NCBI GenBank assembly: GCA_031291295.1
Contig: JARLJI010000193.1
Location: 12,921 to 76,920 of the forward strand
Length of the DNA stretch: 64,000 nt
Source: Rhodoferax sp.
GTDB lineage: Bacteria > Pseudomonadota > Gammaproteobacteria > Burkholderiales > Burkholderiaceae_C
Direction: 5' to 3'
The position numbers were made by a program, and so were the translations under genes. Shown piece by piece: positions 30,201 to 36,915 of this stretch (position 1 is its first letter; each line of letters begins with the position of its first letter). Under the pieces are notes generated by a model that saw nothing but the letters and a program-made list of their open reading frames with translations, was not told the DNA's origin and searched no databases.

Positions 30201-33200
30201 CTTGAGGTTGACGCCGATGTAGTCCCAGGCGCCGACGCCCTGGCTTTCCAGACTGCTCTGCTCGCCAACCTGCTTTGCGCTGAGCTCCTGCCCATTCACG
30301 GTGAGCCGCAGCTGGGCGCCCAACGGGCCCTTGACGCGCACCCGGGTCTGATCGGTGGGCAGGGTCTGACCGTCCTTCAGATCGATGAAGCCAACTTGCG
30401 GCGTCAGCGTCGACAGCAGATCCTTCAGGGTCGCCAGTGGCGCGGCGGCCAGCGCCGGCGCTTCCGGCGCCAGGGCGACCACTGGCACAGCGGCCGCGAC
30501 TCCTGCAGTGACCGGCGCGGCTACTACTGCGGCCCTTCCGGCGCCGGCCGCGCCGGGCTGCTGCATGGCTTGCTGGCCGATGATGCCTGCGGCCGGCAGT
30601 GTGCGGGCGTCGCTCACCGCCGCGGTTTGGAGATTGATTTGCGCGGTCGCAGCCAGCGCGATTTCGGCGGGCTGGCTCAGCATCGCCTTTTGGCGCGCGG
30701 CGATCTGCGCGCGAATATCCGGGGTGCATTCGGCAATCGCGAAATCGGCCTTGTGCAACTCGCCGTTTCGCAAATCGACAAATTGGCTGCCCGCGTCCCC
30801 GGCATTGCGGTTGTTCAGGATTTGCAGGCTCGCCCCTTTGGGCAGGCTGGTGTCGTCGACCTTGGCCACATGGGTGCGCGGCGTGAGGCCGTACAGGCTG
30901 TATTTGCCTTCGCTGTCGGTCACCGCGTACATGCCGTTGTCAAGATAGATGCGCACGCCCGGAATGCCGGGCTCGCCCGGATCCTGGATGCGATTGGCAT
31001 TGCAGTCGACAAACACCTTGCCGATCAGATAGGCCTTGTTGGAGAACACACCGCCCGAGACTTGCACCTTGGCCGTCGCCTGGTTGGAGCGCGTGACGCC
31101 ACTGACGACCTGCGCCGTGTTGATGCCATTGCCCGAATCACCGCCCGGGCCAATGCGCACGCGGTACGTCAGCACCGGCTGGATGCTCGCGGCCACGGCG
31201 CCGAGGCCGAAGACCAGGGCCGGGCCGGCGCCGCCGACCGGGTCGGCCAATGGCGCGCCGTTCAGGCGCGCAGTGCCCTTCACATACGAGAAGCCGGCGG
31301 GCAGGCTGTCATTGACCACGGCCCCCATCAGGCTGGTGCCCGTGTTGTTGTTGATGGTGATGCTGTAGTTCACGAAATCGCCGATTTCGGCGACGGATTT
31401 GGACGCAATTTTCTGAATGAACAAGCCGTTGGCAGCGCCGGTATCCAGTGGCACGTCAACCGTGACCGGTCCGCCGCTGCCCGTCACGGCAAAATTGCCG
31501 CCATACGAGCCCGTGGGGTTGATGCTGCGCCCCGGCGGCAGCAGTCCAGCCGGCAGTTTCGAGGGAAACGCGTAGCCATTGGGTGGCGTGATCAGCAGCC
31601 GGTAGGTGCTGGCTGGAACGAACGGGAAGTTGTAGCTGCCGTCCACTGCAGTCACCATCGAGCTGGGCGCAGGCGTCACGCCATCGGCCTGGAACACCTT
31701 GGCCGGACCGCCCGCATTGCCGCCATTGCCCGCGCCGGTAACGTCGATCAACTGCACCGTGGCGCCTGCCAGGGGCGCATTGCTCTTGCTGTCGAACACG
31801 ACACCGGAGGGGTCGATCAGCAAGGTGGTGGTGACCGAGCTGCCGCCGCATCCCGCGAGGCTGGCGGTGACATGGTCGTTGCGCAGCACTTCCAGGATGC
31901 CGTCGCCCGACGCCACGATGTGGATGGCCCCGTTGGCCGTGGGCACGTTCGGCAGGATGCGGAAAATGCCGCTATTCGCCGCAGTTTCGGTCGCGGTGAA
32001 GGTTTCCGTGTCGCCGGTCAGTTGGCTGACCAGCGTGATCGGATGGGTCTCGACCATGGTCGGGTCGATATTGCATTGCGCTGCATTGACCTGCACGAAC
32101 AGCGGCGCGTCCAGCAGGGACTGCTGCACGGGCGTGGCGTAGGTGCTGCTGGTGTAGAAGGTGATGGTGGGCGCCAGCGCGGCCAGCGGCAGCTGCACCG
32201 GATTGGAGGCCGAGGTGAAGTTCGCGCCCTGGGCGCTGTAGTCGGCGTAACCGGTGTTAACCAGCATGCCCGAGGCATTGCCGTTGACCGTCACGCTGAA
32301 ATTGCCCACCAGGCTGCTGCCTGCCGGCAGAGTGGCCAGGCCCCAGGCCACGCCATCGACACCGCCCGCGGCGGGCGGAGTGGTCACATAGGTGCCCGCC
32401 GGGTCGCCCAGGCGGTGGTACAGCAACTGCGCACCAGGCGTAGAGGAGCTCAGGCTGGCGAAGACGGTGTTGGCGGGGATGGCGTCGCGCAACACAAACA
32501 GCGTGCCGGCCGCGCCGTTGACCGTCACCGCCACCGGGGCCGCCGCAGCCGCGCCGCTGTTTTGTGCGCTCAAGGTATAGCCGAGCGATCCGCCCTGTGC
32601 GGGAGTGGCGGTGGACGCGCTTTTGGTCACGCTCACTGCCGCGCCGCTGACCACGTTGACCGTGTCGGTGTTACTGGCGGTGGCACCCTGCGCCACGCTG
32701 GTGGCACTCAGGCGGATTTGCGCGGCCTGCCCGGCACTGGCTGTCACCGGTACAGTGCCCATCACCAGCAGATTCAGCATTACTCCTGGCGCCAAAGTGA
32801 CCGTACCGCCGCTGGACAGCACCGGTTCGCCGGGGTCGGCCACGCCGTTGCCGTTGGTGTCCTGCACGATCGCCAGCCCGGTCGGCGCAAAGCTGCCACC
32901 GGCACTGCTCAGGGTGAGCGTATAGGTGGTGGACACGTTGCCGGTGTTGGTGAGCTGGTGCGCAAACGTGAAGCCGGTATTGGGTGTGCGGCTCAAGGCC
33001 TGGCTGCTGACAAGTTGCAGCGCCTCCAGGGGCTGGACGACGGCGCGCACCGTATTGGAAGTGAGGCGCACGTTCAAACCCGTGGCGCTGTCGACATAGG
33101 CGGCCGTCGCAGTGCTGGTGATGACTGTGCCGGCCGGAGGCGGTGCCGCCTGCACCCAGCCAGCCAGCAGCAAGACCACCAGGAAGGCGGCCAGATTGCG

Positions 33201-33227
33201 GGCAAGGTGGGCAAACAGACGGGGCAT
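27231..33227 (-). CDS. Large outer-membrane protein: DUF11/Ig/SdrD-B-like domains plus C-terminal beta-barrel (putative anchor/export subunit)
   Basis: Signal peptide ending VQA|A, two complete DUF11 domains, GKVF.DCN.N..QD.GE.GIPGVRIYL (SdrD-B-like), and a long C-terminal amphipathic beta-strand region ending GFYLRLRFKF plus a short tail. Confidence 0.85.
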   Translation of the reverse strand: MPRLFAHLARNLAAFLVVLLLAGWVQAAPPPAGTVITSTATAAYVDSATGLNVRLTSNTVRAVVQPLEALQLVSSQALSRTPNTGFTFAHQLTNTGNVSTTYTLTLSSAGGSFAPTGLAIVQDTNGNGVADPGEPVLSSGGTVTLAPGVMLNLLVMGTVPVTASAGQAAQIRLSATSVAQGATASNTDTVNVVSGAAVSVTKSASTATPAQGGSLGYTLSAQNSGAAAAAPVAVTVNGAAGTLFVLRDAIPANTVFASLSSSTPGAQLLYHRLGDPAGTYVTTPPAAGGVDGVAWGLATLPAGSSLVGNFSVTVNGNASGMLVNTGYADYSAQGANFTSASNPVQLPLAALAPTITFYTSSTYATPVQQSLLDAPLFVQVNAAQCNIDPTMVETHPITLVSQLTGDTETFTATETAANSGIFRILPNVPTANGAIHIVASGDGILEVLRNDHVTASLAGCGGSSVTTTLLIDPSGVVFDSKSNAPLAGATVQLIDVTGAGNGGNAGGPAKVFQADGVTPAPSSMVTAVDGSYNFPFVPASTYRLLITPPNGYAFPSKLPAGLLPPGRSINPTGSYGGNFAVTGSGGPVTVDVPLDTGAANGLFIQKIASKSVAEIGDFVNYSITINNNTGTSLMGAVVNDSLPAGFSYVKGTARLNGAPLADPVGGAGPALVFGLGAVAASIQPVLTYRVRIGPGGDSGNGINTAQVVSGVTRSNQATAKVQVSGGVFSNKAYLIGKVFVDCNANRIQDPGEPGIPGVRIYLDNGMYAVTDSEGKYSLYGLTPRTHVAKVDDTSLPKGASLQILNNRNAGDAGSQFVDLRNGELHKADFAIAECTPDIRAQIAARQKAMLSQPAEIALAATAQINLQTAAVSDARTLPAAGIIGQQAMQQPGAAGAGRAAVVAAPVTAGVAAAVPVVALAPEAPALAAAPLATLKDLLSTLTPQVGFIDLKDGQTLPTDQTRVRVKGPLGAQLRLTVNGQELSAKQVGEQSSLESQGVGAWDYIGVNLKPGDNVLDLAALDSFGNPRGTARIHLIAPGKLAQIRIDTPAQANADGQTPVDVTVHLLDEHGVPVTSRTSLTLESSLGEWQTPDLDPKEPGVQVFVEGGVGHFALMPPPNPGKATLRISSGALRGESDLTFMPNLRPMIAAGIVEGVFNLRNLNPTALTATQNGDVFEREIQSASQSFNNGKDSAAARASLFLKGKVLGSSLLTLAYDSDKPGDTALFRDIQPNQFYGVYGDSSVKGYDAQSTGKLYVRIDHGTSYVLYGDYSTQSDNPARLLTQYSRVLNGAKTHIESGSLTVDGFASYTNTSQVIDEIAANGTSGPYQLSQINGVINSQQVDIVTRDRNQPSIVLSDVPLTLLTDYAVEANSGQILLKAPVASLDANLNPVYIRVTYEISSGGPSYWVGGVDLREKLTSFFTLGGTYIRDTNPANQQTLRGANFLWNAGPATTLVGELAQSQTDLAGTGEARRLELRHTDPKLQVRVYGVQTDPTFSNPSSTFTAGASEYGAKIGYAINDKNRLVIDAIKTTTASGSVIQSPSSIPLGGALTSIAGGGSSEGESVGLEHSLPMGLKLTTSLRHVNANNLPTQPLATGAVPNDYTSARVRLDAPVPGVPAANAFVQYEQALSDDSRKAATIGGTYQVAPQTKLYATHQSSNSLTGDYGLSPTQQSYNTVAGIDTTYMKDGQLFNEYRVGDGIDGRTAEAAIGLRNLWHIAPGLGLSTSIQRVRPISGVVTDTATAVTGALQYTANPDWKGSARLELSKSDTAQTRLATVGAAFKLNPDVTLLDRYSFNQQLSSTAGSGSIYLNQAQFGAAYRPVNSDVWNALARVEVKRSQNSTLGAGLNIDEAATILSANLNYQPSASWLMNGRYGIKRATDYSTGITSTYTAQMIGGRSTWDINSKWDAGLQYYIEFGNNDGAGRQQAIGAEVGYLVEKNLWLSVGYNVKGFTDNDLAGADYTQRGFYLRLRFKFDENLFKPRNNAQALPASAARMP

Positions 33228-33268
33228 GCGCGGATGAAAGGGTTGTGAATGTAAGAAGTCGGGGTGCG

Positions 33269-33332
33269 TCCCTGATGGCTGCGCATTGCGAAATTGCAAT
33301 GCGCAGCCATCAGGGAGGGCTTGCGCCCTCCC
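33269..33332 (-). terminator. Two overlapping stem-loops between the shaft and barrel genes
   Basis: Perfect 21-bp inverted repeat (33269-33289 / 33296-33316) and an 8-bp stem with GCAA loop (33313-33332). No U-tract, so the function is uncertain. Confidence 0.6.
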
Positions 33333-33347
33333 AAGTCCCAAGGGGGA

Positions 33348-35987
33348 CTACTGTTGAATCTTCACGCCGAAGGTGACGACGGCGCTCTGACCCGGGGTCA
33401 GCGTGCCGACGTTGGCGGTGATGCTGCCGGTGCCGCCCACGGCAGGGGCGCCCGCCGCGATCGTGCCCCCCGTGGTGGCCGGCACCGTGCTCAACGTGGT
33501 GTACGCGGGGGTGGTGTCAGACACCGTCACGCCGGTCGCATTGGCCGAGCCCACGTTCTGCACCGTGATCTGGTAGTCGATACAGGCGCCGGGCACCGCA
33601 CCCGTGGTGATGGTGGCCGTGCTGTAGCCGCCGCCCGGGGTGCCCGAACAAGTCGCATCCAGGCCCTGGGCCTTGACCAGCGTGACGTTGCCGGCAATCA
33701 CTGTGGTGCTGTCGGTGGCCGGAGCCGCCGCCGGTGCCGTGGTGATATAGCTGACATTGGCCGTGGTCGCCGTCATGGTGGTGGTGTTAACCACGCCAGG
33801 AGCCACGCCCGAGGGTGCAATCACCTTGTCGAAAATGGTGATGGACTGCCCTGGCGCCAGCCCGGCGGCCAGCACGCCTTGCAAACCGGCGGTAATGACC
33901 GGGTCGCTCGCATCGAGCGTGCCGTTGTTGTTGGCGTCGTAGTACTGTACCGAGGTCCAGCCCGCTTGCGAGTTGATCGCAGGCAAGGTAATGGTCGATG
34001 CCGTGCCGTTACCTTCCACCACGTTGCCGGTGTTGGTGAGGATATGGCTGTAAACCACCGAGCCACCCGGGAACACCTGGCCCGTGCCGTTGGGGGTGTA
34101 GGTCAGCGAGCGCACGGCGTTCACCGTCACGGCGTCATGGATGGTGTCCTGTGCACCGGTAGCCGGCGACTGCGCGCGGAAATACAGGTCGGAGGTCCCT
34201 GCGGCGAAGCCCGCCGGCACCGAGACCACCGCGCAGACCGTGGCATTGCCGCCAGCAGCGACCGTGCCAGTGTTGGTGATGGTGGCACCGGTGGTGGAGC
34301 AGTTGCCGGATCCACCGTCGGCCTTGAAGCTCACCGTCCAGCCGGCCGGCAGGGTTTGGCTGGCGAAGTTGGATGCTGTGCTGGCACCCAGGTTGTAGGT
34401 GTCGGCGATTGGGCCGGTGTTGTTGGTCACCACGGTGAACGTGGTGCTCGTGGCCGGGTTGGTCGCGTTGGTGACCTGCGCCGTACCTTCAGGACCGGCA
34501 CCGACACCCGGGCCGGTCGGCGAATTGTTGGTGACGTCGACTTTGGCCGTCGTCACGGCGGTCAGCGTATCGGCCCCAGTGGCGGACTTCGTCGGATCGA
34601 CCGTCGACGTCGCCGTCTTGTTCACGGTAAAGGGGCCCGTGCCCGAGGCGCTGGCCGGCAACACGGCCTTGACCACAACGGTGTAGCTCGCGCCCGCCGC
34701 CAGCGGCCCGGTGTCGGGGATACCGTCGCCATTGGTGTCAAGCAGCGGCGTCACGCCATCGCTCTTGTACAGCACGAAGCTGGTGCCGGCCGGGTAGTTG
34801 CCGGCGGACAGGGTCATGTTGAAGGTGTCGGTGCCGGTACCGGTGTTCGTGATCGTGTTGGCGAACGAGACCGTGCTGCCGGGGTTGGCACTGGCCACCG
34901 CCAGTGGGGGGGTCAGGGTCACGGCGGCGATCTGGCCGACGCTGAACGGCACGGTGTTGGAGTTGCCGTTGACCGTGGCGCCGGAACCGTCGTTATAGAA
35001 CAGAATCGCGGTGTTGTTGATCACGCCGGGAGCCGTGCCGGCCGCGACATTCACCTGGAAGGTGAGGGTACCGGACTGACCCGCCGTAACCTGGTTCAAT
35101 ATCGCAGTCACAGTGACGCCAGCAACGCTGTAGTCGATGGTGTTGGGTGCTGTGCCCTGGTTGTCGCCAGTGGCATCCGTCAGCGCCGTGTTGCCGGTCA
35201 CGCTCCAGCGCCCGGAACCTGTCACATAGGTCATGCCGGCGGGGATCGCATCGGTCACCTTCACGCTGGTCGCCGTGCTGTTGCCCGTGTTGGTGTAGGT
35301 CAGGGTGTAGGTGTAAGGGCCGCTGCCGGGGGCGCCGGAGGCCGCGCTGACCGACTTGGTCAGATTGATCACCGCGTTGCCTGTCACCGTGGTGGTGTCG
35401 GTGTTGCTGGCCGTCTGCGCCGGGGTAAAGCCGCTGGTGCCCGTCACCGTCAGGTTATTGACCTGTCCCGAGGTCGCCGTTGCCGGGACCGTCGCCGCGA
35501 CGACGAACTTGAACGTCGCCCCCGCTGCCAGCGCCCCAGTGGACGTGATCGCCGGACCGGTGGGTTGGCCCGAGCCGTTGTCGGCGTAGATCGTGACTCC
35601 GGTCATGTTGAACGTCTGGCTGGCCGCGTTGACCGCCGTCAACCCAAACGTGTCCGTGCCATTGCCGGTGTTGGTCAGGGTGTGCGGGTAGTACACCGTG
35701 CTGCCGACCGATGCCGTCTTGGCGCCACTGGCCGTCAGCGTCATGCTGGCGACCTGCTGCACCACCGTCTGCACCGTATTGGACGTGACCGTGCGGCTGG
35801 CGCCCGAGCCATCGGTGTAGGTCGCGGAAGCCTGGTTGCCAATCGTGGTGCCGGCCGCGGGCGGCGTGGCGAACGCCGCACTGCTGGCCAGGGCCAGCAA
35901 CAACGCGACGGCGAAACCCACAATCCAGTGGGCAAGTGAGCCGGGCAGCCGCAAGGCGGCTTGGGGGCTCGAATAAGTAGCGTGCAT
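33348..35987 (-). CDS. Secreted multi-domain DUF11 beta-sandwich protein (putative major fibre subunit)
   Basis: Signal peptide ending AFA|T. Thr/Gly/Ala-rich repeats with TNTGN motifs, one complete internal and one truncated C-terminal DUF11 domain. Confidence 0.88.
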   Translation of the reverse strand: MHATYSSPQAALRLPGSLAHWIVGFAVALLLALASSAAFATPPAAGTTIGNQASATYTDGSGASRTVTSNTVQTVVQQVASMTLTASGAKTASVGSTVYYPHTLTNTGNGTDTFGLTAVNAASQTFNMTGVTIYADNGSGQPTGPAITSTGALAAGATFKFVVAATVPATATSGQVNNLTVTGTSGFTPAQTASNTDTTTVTGNAVINLTKSVSAASGAPGSGPYTYTLTYTNTGNSTATSVKVTDAIPAGMTYVTGSGRWSVTGNTALTDATGDNQGTAPNTIDYSVAGVTVTAILNQVTAGQSGTLTFQVNVAAGTAPGVINNTAILFYNDGSGATVNGNSNTVPFSVGQIAAVTLTPPLAVASANPGSTVSFANTITNTGTGTDTFNMTLSAGNYPAGTSFVLYKSDGVTPLLDTNGDGIPDTGPLAAGASYTVVVKAVLPASASGTGPFTVNKTATSTVDPTKSATGADTLTAVTTAKVDVTNNSPTGPGVGAGPEGTAQVTNATNPATSTTFTVVTNNTGPIADTYNLGASTASNFASQTLPAGWTVSFKADGGSGNCSTTGATITNTGTVAAGGNATVCAVVSVPAGFAAGTSDLYFRAQSPATGAQDTIHDAVTVNAVRSLTYTPNGTGQVFPGGSVVYSHILTNTGNVVEGNGTASTITLPAINSQAGWTSVQYYDANNNGTLDASDPVITAGLQGVLAAGLAPGQSITIFDKVIAPSGVAPGVVNTTTMTATTANVSYITTAPAAAPATDSTTVIAGNVTLVKAQGLDATCSGTPGGGYSTATITTGAVPGACIDYQITVQNVGSANATGVTVSDTTPAYTTLSTVPATTGGTIAAGAPAVGGTGSITANVGTLTPGQSAVVTFGVKIQQ

Positions 35988-36060
35988 GACGGGAATCCTC
36001 TCGTGGCTTTAAAAAATTGACTTCTGGTATTGGTTGGACGGCGAGACTTGAAAACGAGAC

Positions 36061-36561
36061 TCAGGGCTTGGGTGCAGCAGAGCCGAGCGGCGGATTGACA
36101 CGCACACGCAGGCTGACCACGGCATCCTTGCCCGGAGCGATGGTGCCGACGTCCCATCGCAGCGCGCGGTAGTCGGCCAGCGGAACGGGCTCCTGCCGGG
36201 TGCTGCCGTCCGCCTGCTTGACGCTGTGCATCAGCGGCATGGCGGCAAAGTTCACGTTGTCGGCAGTCGCCTGGGCTTTGCCTGGTTGGGCACTATCGGC
36301 CAGCAAGGTCATGCCTGCGGGAATGGGCAGCGTCGCCTGAAGGTGCTCGACGGCACTTTTGCCCGTGTTGGCGTAGGTGGTGCTGTATTCCACCACGTCG
36401 CCCGGCTTGACCTGCGTAGCGGGCCCCCGCACTGTTTTGCCATCAACCAGCTCAATGCGATTGGCCGCAAGCTTGGATGTGACAGTGGGCGTCTGCGCCC
36501 AAGCGGCCTGGCTCAGGGCCAGGGTTGCAGCAACGATACAAAGACCAAAAATCTGTTTCAT
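36061..36561 (-). CDS. Small secreted single-domain DUF11-like protein
   Basis: Signal peptide ending AWA|Q. KPGDVVEY...NTG...IPAGM...LRW.VG.IAPG...VSLRVRV. Confidence 0.85.
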   Translation of the reverse strand: MKQIFGLCIVAATLALSQAAWAQTPTVTSKLAANRIELVDGKTVRGPATQVKPGDVVEYSTTYANTGKSAVEHLQATLPIPAGMTLLADSAQPGKAQATADNVNFAAMPLMHSVKQADGSTRQEPVPLADYRALRWDVGTIAPGKDAVVSLRVRVNPPLGSAAPKP

Positions 36562-36833
36562 GGGTACTCACAATCAAAATTCACCTGCACAGGCCAGGGT
36601 GTTCGCCGGACGCTGGCATAGAGCGGGGGACGGGTCAGGGGAAAACTGGGCAGACTGTATCTACTTATTAGTCATAACGGCTCACATAGAGTCACGCTTA
36701 ATCACAAAATGTTAGGAATCGTGCGATTGCTCACGATTTTTGTGAGCGGGGTGAGGCTGGACTACCACCCCGTAGCCGCGCCGCTGAAGGGCCAGCCAGC
36801 GCCCCCGAAGCGTCGCCCGTGTTTTCCTGGCCC

Positions 36834-36861
36834 AAAAAAGGCCCTCGCGGGGAGGGCCTTT
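36834..36861 (-). terminator. Rho-independent terminator of the MFS gene
   Basis: Minus strand AAAGGCCCTC-CCCGC-GAGGGCCTTTTTT. Confidence 0.85.
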
Positions 36862-36915
36862 GAAGAACCACCCGACCTTGAAGCGGCCGGGCAATTCCTG
36901 GCGTGAAGTTGCGAC

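Noticed and set aside
23863-36561. Classical chaperone-usher pilus, autotransporter or mobile island
   Set aside because: No recognisable PapD/PapC motifs, no standard autotransporter terminus, and no integrase, transposase, tRNA or flanking direct repeats.
36562-36830. c-di-GMP riboswitch upstream of the adhesin operon
   Set aside because: Looked for the class I core (GGCAAAC...GACGCAAAGC) on the minus strand and did not find it.
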